From contig OZ251509.1 in assembly GCA_965242855.1 (NCBI GenBank), positions 2,753,533 to 2,817,532 on the forward strand: DNA of 64,000 nucleotides, written 5' to 3'. Made by a program: the position numbers and the translations under genes. The notes under the pieces were generated by a model that did not search any database, was not told the DNA's origin, and worked only from the letters and a program-made list of their open reading frames with translations. Positions 35,467 to 47,629 of the stretch are shown here, piece by piece (the first letter of the stretch is position 1; every line of letters begins with the position of its first letter). Source of the stretch: Alphaproteobacteria bacterium. Lineage in GTDB: Bacteria; Pseudomonadota; Alphaproteobacteria; UBA828.

Positions 35467-36266
35467 CGGCGGCGCTTCTCGAACCGGGCGATCCGCCGGC
35501 GTTCGAATCGCTCAACGAGCGGGGAACCTCCCGCGCGCTTCTGGTCTGCGACCACGCGAGTTGCGCCATCCCCGCCGCGCTCGGGACCCTGGGCCTGAGC
35601 GAGACCGCCCGCACCGACCATATCGGCTGGGACATCGGGGCGGCGGCGGTGACCCGGCGCCTCTCCGCGCTCCTCGACGCGCCGGCGGTGCTCGCCGGCT
35701 ATTCCCGTCTCGTGATCGATTGCAACCGCCCCGCATCGGCCCCCGACCGCATCCCGGCCGTGAGCGATTCGATCCCGATCCCCGGTAACGCGAACCTGGG
35801 TCGGGCCGCGGCCGAGGCGCGCGTCGATGCCCTGTTCACGCCCTACCACGACGCGATCCGCGCCGCCCTCGACCGCATAATCGCCGCCGGCACGCCGCCG
35901 GCGCTGATCTCGGTGCACAGCTTCACGCCGCGCATGGCCGACGGCGTCCCGCGCCCGTGGCAGATCGGCATCTGTTGGAACAACGATCGCCGCATGGCCA
36001 CGCCCATGATCGAGCGCCTGCGGGCCGAGGGGCTCGTCGTCGGCGCCAACGAACCTTACGACTTCGGCGTCCTGACCGACTACACCGTGCCCGAGCACGC
36101 CGAGAGCCGCGGCCTGCCCTACCTCCTCATGGAGATCCGCAACGACGGAATCCGCACCGCCGAGGCGGTGGATACGTGGTCCACGCGCCTTGCCACCCAT
36201 CTCCGCGCGCTCCTGGAGCGGCCGGAGACGCCGCGATCGCTGGACGCGCGCGGTGCGGGGCGGTAG
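35463..36266 (+). CDS. N-formylglutamate amidohydrolase family protein
   Basis: [44 protein letters not shown]; GTGA coupling. Confidence 0.9.
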   Translation: MTAALLEPGDPPAFESLNERGTSRALLVCDHASCAIPAALGTLGLSETARTDHIGWDIGAAAVTRRLSALLDAPAVLAGYSRLVIDCNRPASAPDRIPAVSDSIPIPGNANLGRAAAEARVDALFTPYHDAIRAALDRIIAAGTPPALISVHSFTPRMADGVPRPWQIGICWNNDRRMATPMIERLRAEGLVVGANEPYDFGVLTDYTVPEHAESRGLPYLLMEIRNDGIRTAEAVDTWSTRLATHLRALLERPETPRSLDARGAGR

Positions 36267-36321
36267 GGTCGGCGCGGCGGTGCGCGGCGAGGCCGACGCG
36301 CCGGCGGAGATCGTCCACGTC

Positions 36322-37044
36322 ATGCGCCCTTCCGGCCGTCGAAGCGACGAGATGCGCGAGGCGCGCCTGGAGCCCGGCGTCAACAAACACGCCGAGGGTT
36401 CCTGCCTCGTCCGCGTCGGCGATACGCAGGTGCTCTGCACCGCGAGCCTCGAAGGGCGGGTGCCGCCGTTCCTCCGCAACAGCGGGCGCGGCTGGGTGAC
36501 GGCGGAATACGGCATGCTGCCCCGCTCCACCGGTTCGCGGACCGGCCGCGAGGCGGCGCGCGGGCGCCAGGGCGGGCGGACCCACGAGATCCAGAGGCTG
36601 ATCGGGCGCTCCCTGCGCGCCGTCGCGGATCTCGAGGCGCTGGGTGAGCGCCAGATCGTCCTCGATTGCGACGTCATCCAGGCCGACGGCGGGACGCGGA
36701 CCGCCGCCATCACCGGCGCCTACGTGGCGCTTCACGCCGCACTGGCCGGCCTCGTCGCAGGCGGCGCGCTCGACCGGCTGCCGCTCGCGGGCCAGGTCGC
36801 GGCGGTCAGCTGCGGGATCGTCGGCGGCGAGGCGGTGCTCGACCTCGACTACGCGGAGGACAGCACGGCGGAAGCCGACGCGAATTTCGTGCTGACCGCC
36901 GACGGCGGGATCGTGGAGATCCAGGGCACGGCGGAGAAGGCGCCGTTCGCGGAGCGGCAATTCCTCGACATGTTGGGCCTCGCCCGCAAGGGAGCGGCGC
37001 GGCTGTTCGCGTTGCAACGAACCGCCCTCGCGCAGGCCGGCTGA
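36322..37044 (+). CDS. rph: Ribonuclease PH
   Basis: [47 protein letters not shown]. Confidence 0.97.
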   Translation: MRPSGRRSDEMREARLEPGVNKHAEGSCLVRVGDTQVLCTASLEGRVPPFLRNSGRGWVTAEYGMLPRSTGSRTGREAARGRQGGRTHEIQRLIGRSLRAVADLEALGERQIVLDCDVIQADGGTRTAAITGAYVALHAALAGLVAGGALDRLPLAGQVAAVSCGIVGGEAVLDLDYAEDSTAEADANFVLTADGGIVEIQGTAEKAPFAERQFLDMLGLARKGAARLFALQRTALAQAG

Positions 37045-37658
37045 TGGCCCGTCGTCTCGTGGCGGCGCGCCTGATCGTGGCCAGCCACAACGACGGCAAG
37101 GTCGCCGAGATCGCCGCGCTCCTGGCGCCGCACGGCATCGAGGCGGTCGGCGCGGCCGCCTGCGGCCTCCCCGAACCGGCGGAGACGGGCGATACCTTCC
37201 GGGCGAACGCGGCGCTCAAGGCGCGCGCGGCGGCGGCGCGCGGGGAACCGGCGCTCGCCGACGATTCGGGCCTCGTCGTCCCCGCCCTCGACGGCGCACC
37301 GGGAGTCCGTTCCGCCCGCTGGGGCGGCCCGGCGCGGGATTTCCAGGCAGCGATGGCACGCGTCGACGCGACGCTGGCCGCGCGCGGCGTCGAGACCGTC
37401 GGCACGGCGGCATCCTTCGCCTGCGCCCTCGCCCTCGCCTGGCCCGACGGGCATTGCGAGGTCGTCGAAGGCCGGGTGGACGGGACTCTCGCCTGGCCGC
37501 CGCGCGGCGCACATGGTTTCGGCTACGACCCGATCTTCGTCCCCGACGGCCACGCGCGCACCTTCGGCGAGATGGCGCCGGCCGCCAAGCAGCCGTTGAC
37601 CCACCGCGCCCGCGCCTTCGCGCGACTGGCGGCGGCCTGCCTGCCGCGCGGCCCGTGA
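37044..37658 (+). CDS. rdgB: Non-canonical purine NTP pyrophosphatase (RdgB/HAM1)
   Basis: [34 protein letters not shown]. Confidence 0.94.
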   Translation: MARRLVAARLIVASHNDGKVAEIAALLAPHGIEAVGAAACGLPEPAETGDTFRANAALKARAAAARGEPALADDSGLVVPALDGAPGVRSARWGGPARDFQAAMARVDATLAARGVETVGTAASFACALALAWPDGHCEVVEGRVDGTLAWPPRGAHGFGYDPIFVPDGHARTFGEMAPAAKQPLTHRARAFARLAAACLPRGP

Positions 37659-38815
37659 CCCCGCCGCCGCACGCGCGCGCCGTCTATATCCACTGGCCGT
37701 TCTGCCGCGCGAAGTGCCCCTATTGCGACTTCAACAGCCATGTCCGGGAGCGCGTGGACGAGCCGCGCTGGCGACGCGCGCTCCTCCGCGAACTGGACCA
37801 TTTCGCGGCGCGGCTCCCGGGGGCGACGGTCGCCAGCATCTTCTTCGGCGGCGGCACGCCGTCTCTGATGCCCCCGCAGACCGCGGCGGCGGCGATCGAC
37901 CGGGTGGCGTCCCGCTGGACTCTCGCGCCCGACGCGGAGATCACCCTCGAAGCCAACCCGACCTCGACCGAGGCGGCGCGGCTGCGGGATTTCCGCGCGG
38001 CCGGGGTGAACCGGGTCTCGCTCGGCGTCCAGGCGCTCGACGACGACGCCCTCCGCTTCCTCGGGCGCCAGCACGGCGCCTCGGAGGCGCGCCGCGCGGT
38101 CGAACTGGCGCGGCGCATCGTGCCGCGCGTCTCCTTCGACCTCATCTACGCCCGGCCCGGCCAGAGCCCCGCCGTCTGGCGCAGGGAGCTGGCGGAGGCG
38201 CTGGCGCTCGCCGACGGCCATCTCTCGCTCTATCAACTCACGGTCGAGAAGGGCACGGCGTTCCACCGCCTTCGGCGCGAGGGCGCGTTCGCGCTCCCCG
38301 ACGACGACACGGGCCGCGCCCTCTACGACCTGACCCAGGAGCTGACGACGAAGGCCGGCCTCCCGGCCTATGAGATCTCGAACCACGCGAGGGACGGGGA
38401 GGCCTGCCGCCACAACCTCGCCTGCTGGCGCTACGAGGACTATGTCGGCGTCGGCCCGGGTGCCCACGGGCGCATCGAAACGGGCGGCGGCCGGTATGCG
38501 ACGCGCCAGCACGCCGGCCCCGAAACCTGGCTCGCTTCGGTCGAGCGCGCGGGCCACGGCACCGCCGCCTCGCGGCCGCTGTCGCCCGACGAGCAGGCGC
38601 GCGAAATGCTGATGACGGGGCTCCGGCTTCGCGAAGGGGTGCCGCTCGCGCGTCTGGAACGGCGGACCGGCTGCGCGCCGGACAGGGTGATCGACCGCGA
38701 CCGCGTCGCCCGCCTCGTCGCCGCCGGCTATCTCGAAGACCGGGCCTGCCGCCTGCGGGCCACCGAGGCCGGGCGGCCCCTCCTCAACCGCCTTCTCGCG
38801 GAGCTCCTTCGCTGA
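37655..38815 (+). CDS. hemW: Radical SAM heme chaperone HemW
   Basis: [34 protein letters not shown]; rph-rdgB-hemW synteny. Confidence 0.93.
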   Translation: MTPPPHARAVYIHWPFCRAKCPYCDFNSHVRERVDEPRWRRALLRELDHFAARLPGATVASIFFGGGTPSLMPPQTAAAAIDRVASRWTLAPDAEITLEANPTSTEAARLRDFRAAGVNRVSLGVQALDDDALRFLGRQHGASEARRAVELARRIVPRVSFDLIYARPGQSPAVWRRELAEALALADGHLSLYQLTVEKGTAFHRLRREGAFALPDDDTGRALYDLTQELTTKAGLPAYEISNHARDGEACRHNLACWRYEDYVGVGPGAHGRIETGGGRYATRQHAGPETWLASVERAGHGTAASRPLSPDEQAREMLMTGLRLREGVPLARLERRTGCAPDRVIDRDRVARLVAAGYLEDRACRLRATEAGRPLLNRLLAELLR

Positions 38816-40346
38816 TTCCCGAGCGCTCGGGCCCTCCGTCGCCCGGCGCCTCGGCGTCCCGGTCGAAGCGCTCGGGCGCCGGCCCGACGACGACGGTCTC
38901 GCCCCCGCCGGCGACCTCGAAGACGGCCAGGCTTCGCTCCGCCATCCCGTCCGCGTCGAAGCGGAAGAGGCCGTCGACGCCGACGAAGCCGCGGCGGCCG
39001 CCGATGGCGCGGGAGTCGAGCCCCGCGTCCGCCCGCGCCAGCACGGCGGCCAGGGCCGTCGCGTCGTAGCCGAGAGAGGCGATCGCGCCCGGCGACTCGC
39101 CGAAGGCCCGGCGGTAGCGCGCCTCGAAATCCCGCCGCGCGGCCGGGCCGGGGCCGGCGAACCAGCCGCCCGCCAGCGTCGGCTCGCCGAGCGTGGCCGG
39201 GTCCTCCCAGAGGCCCGTCCCCAGCAGCCGGACCTCAGCGGGATCGATGTCGTAATAGGGAAGCAGGGCGGCGATCTGCCTGAGCCGGGCGCCGCCGTCG
39301 GCCAGCAGAAGCGCATCGAAGGCGACGGCGCCCAGAGTGTCGCGTCTGGAAAGCCGCGCGAGTCCGCGGCGCGCGGCGGCATCGCCCCGGCGGGCGAGCG
39401 CCGCCCGTTCTTCCTCCAACGCCCGGGAGCGCCGATCGTAGTCGGCGAGGGCGCGAACCACCTGGGCCGCGTCCGACCCGTCCGGCGCATAATGGCGAAC
39501 GCGCGTAAGCGAAAGGCCCGCCGCCGCCGCCGCTGCCGCCGCTTCGTCCGCGACCGCCGCGCCGTAGCGGGTTTCGGGCGCGAGCAGGGCGAGCCGTCGA
39601 TGGCCGTGCGCGGCGGCGTGAGCGACCACCCGACGGACCTGGGCGCCCGGCGCATGGCCGAGCAGGTACACCCCTTCGCCCGCCACCTCCCGGTCCGTCG
39701 AGAAGGCGACGACGGCGACGCCGCGGTCGCGGGCATGGGAGGCGACGGCGGCCACCCCGTCGGCGAACAGCGGGCCGAGGATCAGGTCGACGCCCTCGCC
39801 GAGCAGCGAAAGGGCCGCCCGCTCGGCGCCCGCGGCCGAGCCTCCGGTATCGCGGGGCAGCAGCGCGAAGGCCTCGTCGGCGGCGTCGAACAGCGCGAGC
39901 TGCGCCGCGCGCAACAACGCTTCGCCTTCCGGCGCGTAGCGCCCCGAAAGCGGCACGAGAAGGCCGACCCGGACGCTGCGGGCTTCGCCCGCGCCCGCCG
40001 CCGCATCGGCACCGCGCGCGGAGGGCGATCCGGAGGGCGGCGGACTCGCGGTCTCCGGGGCCGATGCCGCGCGCGCTTCATCAACCGGCAGAGCGGAGAC
40101 CGTTTGGGGCGTCCGTTCCTCCCTCGTCGCCGCAACCGCCGCCGCGGGCGAAGCACCCGCTTCGAGGGGCGCCGCCGCTTCCGGCGCGGGTGGCTGGCCC
40201 TCCTCCGCCGGCGGGGGTACGCTCGGCTGGCCGCAGGCGGCCGCGAGGAGGAGCGGCGCGATGCCGACCGCCGCGAGACCCGCATGTCGGCGCCGGCCGG
40301 CCGACGGACGAGGGCGAGGTCCGCGCATGTCCGAGGGAGCTCCCAT
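38784..40346 (-). CDS. Penicillin-binding protein activator LpoA-like lipoprotein
   Basis: Lipobox LAAAC, VGLLVPLSG, ILGPLF, LLGTGLW, SLGYDA, GVDGLFRF; divergent from rsmI. Start is uncertain. Confidence 0.85.
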   Translation of the reverse strand: MGAPSDMRGPRPRPSAGRRRHAGLAAVGIAPLLLAAACGQPSVPPPAEEGQPPAPEAAAPLEAGASPAAAVAATREERTPQTVSALPVDEARAASAPETASPPPSGSPSARGADAAAGAGEARSVRVGLLVPLSGRYAPEGEALLRAAQLALFDAADEAFALLPRDTGGSAAGAERAALSLLGEGVDLILGPLFADGVAAVASHARDRGVAVVAFSTDREVAGEGVYLLGHAPGAQVRRVVAHAAAHGHRRLALLAPETRYGAAVADEAAAAAAAAGLSLTRVRHYAPDGSDAAQVVRALADYDRRSRALEEERAALARRGDAAARRGLARLSRRDTLGAVAFDALLLADGGARLRQIAALLPYYDIDPAEVRLLGTGLWEDPATLGEPTLAGGWFAGPGPAARRDFEARYRRAFGESPGAIASLGYDATALAAVLARADAGLDSRAIGGRRGFVGVDGLFRFDADGMAERSLAVFEVAGGGETVVVGPAPERFDRDAEAPGDGGPERSGISEGAPREGG

Positions 40347-40446
40347 GGCATCAGCGAGCGGGGGGCAGCCTAGTCACGATCCGTCCGATTTCCAAGGTGC
40401 GGACGGGAGGTCCGCGTGCCGAAAACGATGCGGAACCGCATGAGAA

Positions 40447-41340
40447 ATGCGGGATAGGAGCCGCGCCCCGACGGGTGAACCGCGCGCCGCCGCCGCGCCC
40501 GGCCTGTGGCTGGTCGCGACCCCGATCGGCAACATGGACGACGTGTCGCGACGCGCCCTCTCGGTGCTCGCCGCCGTCGACCGCGTGGCCTGCGAGGACA
40601 CCCGCCATACCGCCCGGCTGCTCGCGCGCCACGGCATCGACGCGCGCCTCGTCTCCTATCACGAGCACAACGCGGCGCGCGTCCGCCCGACGCTGATCCG
40701 CGCGCTCGCGGGCGGCGGCTCCATGGCCCTGGTCGCCGATGCCGGGACTCCGCTGATCTCGGATCCCGGCTACAAGCTGGTCCGCGCGGCACTCGACGCC
40801 GGCATCCGGGTGACCGGCTGCCCCGGCCCGAGCGCGCCGCTGCTGGCGCTCGTCCTCTCCGGCCTGCCGACCGACCGCTTCTATTTCGGCGGCTTCCTGC
40901 CGCCCCGCCGCGCGCCGCGGCGCGCGGCCATCGCCACGTTGGTCGCGCTCGATGCGACCCTCGTCCTGCTCGAATCGCCCCGTCGTCTGGCGGCGGCGCT
41001 GGCGGACATGGCCGAGCTTCTGGGTCCGCGCCCGGCCGCCGTCGCCCGCGAGCTGACCAAGCGCCACGAAGAGATGCGGCGCGGGACTCTCGCGGCGCTC
41101 GCCCGACACTACGCCGAGAGCGGCGCGCCCAAGGGCGAGATCGTGGTCGTCGTTGACGGTCGGCAGGAAGCGCCGGCGCTTTCCGACGCGGATCTGGACG
41201 CGCGGCTCGATACGCTGCTGGAGGCGGGAACGGTCCGCGACGCGGCGGCGGCGCTTGGCGCCGAAACCGGGCGCCCCCGCCGGGCCGTCTATGCCCGGGC
41301 GCTGGCCCGCGCCCGGGCGCGCGGTGGATGCGCACCGTAG
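40447..41340 (+). CDS. rsmI: 16S rRNA C1402 2'-O-methyltransferase
   Basis: [40 protein letters not shown]. Confidence 0.95.
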   Translation: MRDRSRAPTGEPRAAAAPGLWLVATPIGNMDDVSRRALSVLAAVDRVACEDTRHTARLLARHGIDARLVSYHEHNAARVRPTLIRALAGGGSMALVADAGTPLISDPGYKLVRAALDAGIRVTGCPGPSAPLLALVLSGLPTDRFYFGGFLPPRRAPRRAAIATLVALDATLVLLESPRRLAAALADMAELLGPRPAAVARELTKRHEEMRRGTLAALARHYAESGAPKGEIVVVVDGRQEAPALSDADLDARLDTLLEAGTVRDAAAALGAETGRPRRAVYARALARARARGGCAP

Positions 41341-41714
41341 CCGCGCGGCGGGCGGCCGAGCGCCAGGGCCGCGCCGCCGAGCGGCTGTGCGCGCTGCGCC
41401 TCAGGCTCACCGGCTGGCGCATCCTCGCGCGGCGCTACGCGACTCCGGTCGGCGAGATCGATATCGTCGCGCGGCGCGGCACCCTCGTCGCCTTCATCGA
41501 GGTGAAGCACCGACGGGACGCGCGCGAAGCCCTGGAGACGATCACCGCCCGCCAGCGCACGCGCATCGAGCGGGCGGCGACGGTGTTCTTGTCGCGTCAC
41601 CCGAGATGGCGCAAGCTTGCGCTCCGATTCGACGTCATGGTGGTGACTCCCGGGCATTGGCCGCGCCGCGTGACGGATGCTTGGCGACCCGGCGGCGCGG
41701 GCACCGTCCCGTGA
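41328..41714 (+). CDS. yraN: YraN family protein (UPF0102)
   Basis: [21 protein letters not shown]. Confidence 0.92.
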   Translation: MRTVAARRAAERQGRAAERLCALRLRLTGWRILARRYATPVGEIDIVARRGTLVAFIEVKHRRDAREALETITARQRTRIERAATVFLSRHPRWRKLALRFDVMVVTPGHWPRRVTDAWRPGGAGTVP

Positions 41715-41732
41715 CTCGGTGAAGGAGGCTGC

Positions 41733-42383
41733 ATGGGAACAGGTGGCACGGTCGCCGGCCGCCGCCGGCCGGCTTCCCCGGCAGGGACCTTCCTGGCCGT
41801 CGTAGCCGCCGCGGCGCTCGGCTGCCTGTTCCTCCCCGGCTGTGGCGGGCTCGTGGCCGGGGCGACCGCGAGAGCGGGCATCGCGGTCGTCGAGGAGCGC
41901 TCCGTCGGCGATGTAATCGACGATCTGACGATTCGCGCCGAGCTCAACCACATCTTCTTCGACGACGACCTCGACCTCTATGGCGACGTGTCGTTCGGCG
42001 TGGTCGAGGGCCGCGTGCTGCTCAAGGGCTCCGTGCCGACGCGCGAGGACCGCGTGCAGGCGATCCAGCTCGCCTGGAAAGCCGCCGGCGTCCGCGAGGT
42101 GATCAACGAGCTCCAGGTGGTCCAGGGCGGGGGAATCATCGACTACGCCCGCGACACCTGGATCTCGACGCAGCTCAAGGGCCGCCTTCTCCTGGATATG
42201 GACATCCTGTCGATCAACTACGACGTCGAGTCCGTCAACAGTGTCGTGTACGTGATCGGGATCGCCCAGGACGAGGGGGAGCTCGAGAGGGTCGTCGGCC
42301 ATGCCCGCGCCATCGAGGACGTGCGCCGCGTCGTGAGCCACGTGATCCTGAAAGACGATCCGCGGCGCCAGGCGACCCCCTGA
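41733..42383 (+). CDS. Dual-BON domain lipoprotein
   Basis: LPGC lipobox-like, ERSVG, GRVLLKG, DTWISTQLK, VVYVIG. Confidence 0.9.
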   Translation: MGTGGTVAGRRRPASPAGTFLAVVAAAALGCLFLPGCGGLVAGATARAGIAVVEERSVGDVIDDLTIRAELNHIFFDDDLDLYGDVSFGVVEGRVLLKGSVPTREDRVQAIQLAWKAAGVREVINELQVVQGGGIIDYARDTWISTQLKGRLLLDMDILSINYDVESVNSVVYVIGIAQDEGELERVVGHARAIEDVRRVVSHVILKDDPRRQATP

Positions 42384-43216
42384 TGGCGGAGGCGGCGATC
42401 GAGCGGATGCTGCGCGACGCGGGCGGGCGCGCCGACGATTCGATCGATCTGGCCGATACCGCGCTCCTGCTTGGCGCCCTCGACATCCCGAACGCGCGCC
42501 TGGCGCTCTATCGCGCCCACATCGGGCGACTCGCCGGCGGCGTCGCGTCGCGCGCCGGCGCCGACGACGAACCGCCGTTGGAGCGGCGGCGCGGCCACAT
42601 CAACGCGGTGCTCTTCGAGGACAACGGTTACGGCGGTGACACCGAGAGCTACGACGACCCAGAGAACGCCAACCTCCTGCGGGTCATCGACCGCCGGGCC
42701 GGCCTGCCGGTGAGCCTCGGCATCCTCTACATCCACCTCGCCCGGGCGCAGGGCTGGGCGGTGGACGGGCTGGCCTTTCCCGGGCATTTCCTGCTGCGCA
42801 TGGACGACCGGGACCGACGGCTGATCGTGGATCCCTTCCATCGCGGCCAGACGCTCGAGGCCGGCCACCTGCGCGGCCTGCTGAAGCAGTTCCGCGGCGC
42901 CGACGCGGAGCTCGAACCGTCCCACTACGCGCCGGTCGGCAACCGGGCGATCCTCCTGCGGCTCCAGAACAACATCAAGACCCGCGCGCTCCAGGCGGGC
43001 GACACGGTCCGGGCCGCCGCGCTCCTGGAGCGCATGCTGCTGATCGCGCCGGAGGCGGGCGGCGTCTGGCACGAACTCGGCATTCTGCGCGCCCGCCTCG
43101 GCACCATGAAGGGTGCCGTCCGGGCGCTGGAGCGCGGCCTCTCCTGCGGCCTGCCGGACACCGCCCGGGCGCACGCCGAATCGGCCCTGGCGAGGCTGAA
43201 GACCGGCCTGCACTGA
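42383..43216 (+). CDS. SirB1/transglutaminase-like protein with TPR
   Basis: [41 protein letters not shown]. Confidence 0.9.
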   Translation: MAEAAIERMLRDAGGRADDSIDLADTALLLGALDIPNARLALYRAHIGRLAGGVASRAGADDEPPLERRRGHINAVLFEDNGYGGDTESYDDPENANLLRVIDRRAGLPVSLGILYIHLARAQGWAVDGLAFPGHFLLRMDDRDRRLIVDPFHRGQTLEAGHLRGLLKQFRGADAELEPSHYAPVGNRAILLRLQNNIKTRALQAGDTVRAAALLERMLLIAPEAGGVWHELGILRARLGTMKGAVRALERGLSCGLPDTARAHAESALARLKTGLH

Positions 43217-43232
43217 GCGGCGCGGGTACGGC

Positions 43233-44216
43233 ATGCCCCTCGCGGTGGCCATACAGATGGATCCCGTCGAGGCCATCGACATCGAGGCGGACAGCACGTT
43301 CGCCCTCGCGCTCGAGGCCCAGGCGCGCGGCCACGCGCTCTACCATTACCTGCCCCGGCGGCTCTCGTTGCGGGCGGGCCGGGTGACGGCCACCATGCGC
43401 TCCCTTGAAGTGCGGAACCAAGCCGGCGACCACGCCACCCTCGGCGCGCCGGAGACCATCGACCTCGCCGCCATGGACGTCGTCCTGATGCGCCAGGACC
43501 CGCCTTTCGACATGTCCTACATCACCGCGACCCACCTGCTGGAACACGTCCACCCGGCGACGCTGGTCGTCAACGATCCCGTGCAGGTAAGAAACGCGCC
43601 CGAAAAGCTCTTCGTCACCCATTTCGGCGATCTGACGCCGCCGACCCTGATCGCCGCCGAGCCCGGCCCGATCGCGGACTTCCGGGCGAAGCACGGCGAC
43701 ATCGTCCTCAAGCCGCTGTTCGGCAACGGCGGCGCCGGCGTGTTCCACGTGGCGCCCGGGGACGAGAACCTCAACGCCCTGCTCGAGATGTTCGCCGCCT
43801 TCTCCCGCGAGCCGATCATCGCCCAAGCCTATCTGCCGGCGGTTCGCGAAGGCGACAAGCGCATCGTCCTGGTGGAGGGCGCGCCCGTCGGCGCGGTGAA
43901 CCGCGTTCCGCCCAAGGGCGAGGCCCGCGCCAACCTCCATGTCGGCGCCAAGCCGCGGAAGACGGCGCTGACCGGCCGCGAGCGCGAGATCTGCGCGACG
44001 ATCGGACCGGCGCTCCGCGAACGCGGCTTGGTCTTCGCCGGCATCGACGTGATCGGCGGTTACCTCACCGAGATCAACGTCACTTCGCCGACCGGCATCC
44101 AGGAAATAAACCGCCTCGACGGCGCCCGCATCGAGGCCCTGGTGTGGGACGCGATCGAGGCCCGCCGCGCGGATGCCGTGCGCGCGCCCGGCAATCCCGC
44201 CGGCGCGCGCGAATGA
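43233..44216 (+). CDS. gshB: Glutathione synthase
   Basis: [38 protein letters not shown]. Confidence 0.97.
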   Translation: MPLAVAIQMDPVEAIDIEADSTFALALEAQARGHALYHYLPRRLSLRAGRVTATMRSLEVRNQAGDHATLGAPETIDLAAMDVVLMRQDPPFDMSYITATHLLEHVHPATLVVNDPVQVRNAPEKLFVTHFGDLTPPTLIAAEPGPIADFRAKHGDIVLKPLFGNGGAGVFHVAPGDENLNALLEMFAAFSREPIIAQAYLPAVREGDKRIVLVEGAPVGAVNRVPPKGEARANLHVGAKPRKTALTGREREICATIGPALRERGLVFAGIDVIGGYLTEINVTSPTGIQEINRLDGARIEALVWDAIEARRADAVRAPGNPAGARE

Positions 44217-44543
44217 GCCTCGACGCCCGGGGCCGGGGCGGCGGATTGACGAACCGACAACGGAACCGCCTTTCACCGCCGGCGCTTTGCAGGACCAGCC
44301 CGTGCCGGGTGTCCGTGAACCCGTCGAGGCGTCTCGAGGAGCCGGGGATGTCGTAAGGCCTTGCCCATGATCCGGCTCATGGGAGCGCGGATGCGTCCAT
44401 ACGAGCCGCCCGCCCGTGCGCTTCGGCGGCGCGGAAGATAAGATCGGGAGAGCATCCGGGCCCGGCCGATGGCGGGCCGCGTCCGGGGCGGCGGCCGGGG
44501 CCGTCGGAGGCCAACGGCCGGGGGGCCGGGGGAAGGACGCCGA

Positions 44544-46064
44544 ATGGTCGCCCATATCAACACCGTGGCCTTCCAGGGCATCGAGACGTTGCCCGTCGAC
44601 GTGCAGGTGCAGATCAACGCGGGCCTTCCCGCGTTCATGATCGTCGGCCTGCCCGACAAGGCGGTCGCCGAGAGCCGGGAGCGGGTACGCGGTGCGCTCG
44701 CCGGCCTCGGGCTTTCCCTCCCGCCTCGGCGGATCACCGTCAATCTCGCGCCGGCGGACATGCAGAAGGAAGGCAGCCACTTCGATCTTCCCATCGCCCT
44801 CGGGCTGCTGGTGGCCATGGAGGTGCTGCCCTCGGAGGAGCTCGCCGGCTATGCCGCGCTCGGCGAGCTCGGCCTCGACGGCGCGCTGATCGCGGCCGCC
44901 GGCGTGCTGCCGGCCGCCATCGGTGCGAACGCGCGGGAGCTCGGCCTGATCTGCCCCGCCGCCAACGGCGCCGAAGCGGCCTGGGCCGGCGGCGGCGAGG
45001 TCGTGGCCGCACCCGACCTGCTGGCGTTGATCAACCACTTCAAGGGGCTGCAGCTCCAGGCGCCGCCGGCGCACACGATCCGCGCCGACCGGCCGCAATA
45101 TCCGGATCTGGCCGACATCAAGGGGCAGGAAACGGCCAAGCGCGTGCTCGAAGTGGCGGCCGCCGGCGGCCACAACCTCCTCATGATCGGCCCGCCCGGA
45201 ACCGGCAAATCGATGCTCGCCGCCCGTCTGCCCGGCATCCTGCCGCCGCTCGACCCGGAGGAGGCGTTGACCGTCAGCACGATCGCCTCGGTCGCCGGCC
45301 TTCTCGACGAAAGCGGGTTGACCAGGACGCGCCCTTTCCGCGACCCGCACCATTCGGCGTCGACGCCGGCGATGGTCGGCGGCGGCCCCCGCGCCCACCC
45401 GGGGGAGATTTCGCTCGCCCATCTCGGAGTCCTGTTTCTGGATGAGTTGCCCGAGTTCTCCCGCAACGTGCTCGACGCGCTGCGCCAGCCGGTCGAGAGC
45501 GGCACGGTGACGATCGCGCGCGCCAAAATGCATGTCCGCTATCCCGCGCGTTTCCAGTTGGTCGCGGCGATGAATCCCTGCCGCTGCGGCTATCTGTCCG
45601 ACCCGGCGCGGGCCTGCTCGCGGGCGCCGCACTGCGCGCGGGACTACCAGGTGCGGATCTCCGGCCCGCTCTACGATCGCATCGACCTTCACGTCGAGGT
45701 GCCGGAACTGTCCGCCGCCGATCTCACCCTGCCGCCGCCGGCGGAAGGCTCGGCGGTGGTGGCCGCGCGCGTCGAGACCGCCCGCTCGGTGCAACGCGCG
45801 CGTTTCGAGGCGCTCGGCGCGCCTTCCGGGACGCGCACCAACGCCGAGGCCGAAGGCGAGACGCTGGAGCGGATCGCCCGACCGGACGACGCCGGCCGCG
45901 CGTTGCTCGCGGAGGCGACGGACCGCCTGCGGCTCTCCGCCCGCGGCCACCACCGCGTTCTCCGCGTCGCCCGCACCCTGGCCGACTTGGCCGGCGCCGA
46001 AACCGTGGGCCGCCTGCACATCGCCGAAGCGCTGTCTTACCGCCGCATCGGCCCCTACGGATAA
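44544..46064 (+). CDS. comM: YifB/ComM family Mg-chelatase-like AAA+ ATPase
   Basis: VGLPDKAVAESRERV, KEGSHFDLPIA, GPPGTGKS, PFRDPHH, LFLDELPEF, AMNPCRCG. Confidence 0.92.
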   Translation: MVAHINTVAFQGIETLPVDVQVQINAGLPAFMIVGLPDKAVAESRERVRGALAGLGLSLPPRRITVNLAPADMQKEGSHFDLPIALGLLVAMEVLPSEELAGYAALGELGLDGALIAAAGVLPAAIGANARELGLICPAANGAEAAWAGGGEVVAAPDLLALINHFKGLQLQAPPAHTIRADRPQYPDLADIKGQETAKRVLEVAAAGGHNLLMIGPPGTGKSMLAARLPGILPPLDPEEALTVSTIASVAGLLDESGLTRTRPFRDPHHSASTPAMVGGGPRAHPGEISLAHLGVLFLDELPEFSRNVLDALRQPVESGTVTIARAKMHVRYPARFQLVAAMNPCRCGYLSDPARACSRAPHCARDYQVRISGPLYDRIDLHVEVPELSAADLTLPPPAEGSAVVAARVETARSVQRARFEALGAPSGTRTNAEAEGETLERIARPDDAGRALLAEATDRLRLSARGHHRVLRVARTLADLAGAETVGRLHIAEALSYRRIGPYG

Positions 46065-46104
46065 CCCGCGCCTCTCACCCGGCGCGCACCGAAGCGCGCG
46101 CCGG

Positions 46105-46467
46105 TCAGGCGGGCGGGATCATGCGGCCCAGGCGGCGGCCGCCGCAGAGGTGGACATGAAAATGGGGGACTTCCTGGCCTCCATGGCCGCCGGTGTTGGC
46201 GATCGTGCGGAAGCCCTGCCCGGCGAGCCCGAGGTCGCGGGCGATGGCGCCGACCGTCTTGAAGAAACGGCCGATTTCTTCCTCCGGGGCGTTCCGCGTG
46301 AAGTCGTCCAGCGAGACGTAAGGCGCCTTCGGGATCACCAGGACGTGCACCGGCGCTTGCGGAGCGATGTCGCGGAAGGCGAGGACGGCGTCGTCCTCGT
46401 ACACGGTATCGTTCGGAATCTCGCCCCGCAGGATCCTGGCGAAGATGTTGTCGTGGTCGTAGCTCAT
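46105..46467 (-). CDS. Histidine triad (HIT) nucleotide-binding protein
   Basis: NIFARILRGEIP, AFRDIAPQAPVH, GQEVPHFHVH. Confidence 0.95.
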   Translation of the reverse strand: MSYDHDNIFARILRGEIPNDTVYEDDAVLAFRDIAPQAPVHVLVIPKAPYVSLDDFTRNAPEEEIGRFFKTVGAIARDLGLAGQGFRTIANTGGHGGQEVPHFHVHLCGGRRLGRMIPPA

Positions 46468-46811
46468 CCGCGTTCTCCCGCCGCTCGCCCGCGCCCGCCG
46501 CGCGCCAACCCCGAAATGCCGCGCCGCTTCGACAGTTCGTCGAATACGTCGGCCGGCGCGACTCCGGTCACCGACCACAGCATCAGAAGATGGAACAGCA
46601 GATCCGCGCTTTCGGCGACGACGTTCGCCCGGTCGCCGAGCGCGCCCGCGAGCGCCGTCTCGACGCCCTCCTCGCCCACCTTCTTCGCGATGTGCTCCGT
46701 GCCGCGCGCAAAGCTTCGCGCGACGTAGGAGGCGTCCGGGTCGCCGCCCTTGCGCCGCTCGATGACGGCGAACAGCGCGCCGAGAACGTCGTCCGCCCTT
46801 GCCTCGCCCAT
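46464..46811 (-). CDS. hisE: Phosphoribosyl-ATP diphosphatase
   Basis: SYVA, KKVGEEGVE, ESADLLFH. Confidence 0.93.
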   Translation of the reverse strand: MGEARADDVLGALFAVIERRKGGDPDASYVARSFARGTEHIAKKVGEEGVETALAGALGDRANVVAESADLLFHLLMLWSVTGVAPADVFDELSKRRGISGLARGGRGRAAGERG

Positions 46812-46846
46812 CGCGTCGCCCTCCGTAGCAGATTCCCGCCGCCCGG

Positions 46847-47629
46847 TCACCGCGCCGGCTCCGCCGGCGGCCACGGGCGAACGGGAATCCCGGCCGCTCG
46901 CATATGCGCCTTGGCCGCGCCGATCGAATGGGTGCCGAAATGGAAGATCGACGCCGCCAGCACCGCCGTCGCGCGGCCGGCGCGGATGCCCTCGACCAGA
47001 TGGTCCAGCGTGCCGACTCCGCCGGACGCGATCACCGGGATCGTCACCGCGTCGGCGACCGCGCGGGTAAGCGCCAGATCGAAGCCTTCCTGCGTGCCGT
47101 CCCGGTCCATCGAGGTTAACAGCAGTTCGCCGGCGCCGGCCGCGGCCATGCGGCGCGCCCAGGCGACCGCGTCGATTCCGGTGGGGCGTCGTCCGCCATG
47201 GGTGAATATCTCGAATCCGCCGCCTGCCGCCCGCTTGGCGTCGAGCGCGACGACGATGCATTGCGTGCCGAACTTCTCCGCCGCCTCGGCGACGAACGCC
47301 GGGTTCTTCACGGCCGCCGTGTTGATCGACACCTTGTCGGCGCCGGCGAGCAGCAGGGCGCGGACGTCGCCTACGGTGCGCACGCCGCCGCCGACCGTCA
47401 GCGGCATGAAGCAGGCTTCGGCGGTGCTGGCGACGACATCGTGGAGCGTCTCGCGCTGCTCGTGGGAGGCCGTGATGTCGAGGAAGCACAGTTCGTCGGC
47501 GCCCTGTTCGTCGTAGATCCGGGCCTGCTCGACCGGGTCGCCGGCATCGACGAGGTCGACGAAGCGCACGCCCTTGACCACCCGCCCGGCGTGGACGTCG
47601 AGGCAGGGGATGACGCGCATCTTCAGCAT
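46847..47629 (-). CDS. hisF: Imidazole glycerol phosphate synthase cyclase subunit
   Basis: [46 protein letters not shown]. Confidence 0.97.
   Translation of the reverse strand: MLKMRVIPCLDVHAGRVVKGVRFVDLVDAGDPVEQARIYDEQGADELCFLDITASHEQRETLHDVVASTAEACFMPLTVGGGVRTVGDVRALLLAGADKVSINTAAVKNPAFVAEAAEKFGTQCIVVALDAKRAAGGGFEIFTHGGRRPTGIDAVAWARRMAAAGAGELLLTSMDRDGTQEGFDLALTRAVADAVTIPVIASGGVGTLDHLVEGIRAGRATAVLAASIFHFGTHSIGAAKAHMRAAGIPVRPWPPAEPAR

Noticed and set aside
44217-44543. 327-bp gshB-comM gap as a possible sRNA or gene remnant
   Set aside because: No recognisable RNA motif or protein similarity in any frame by eye.
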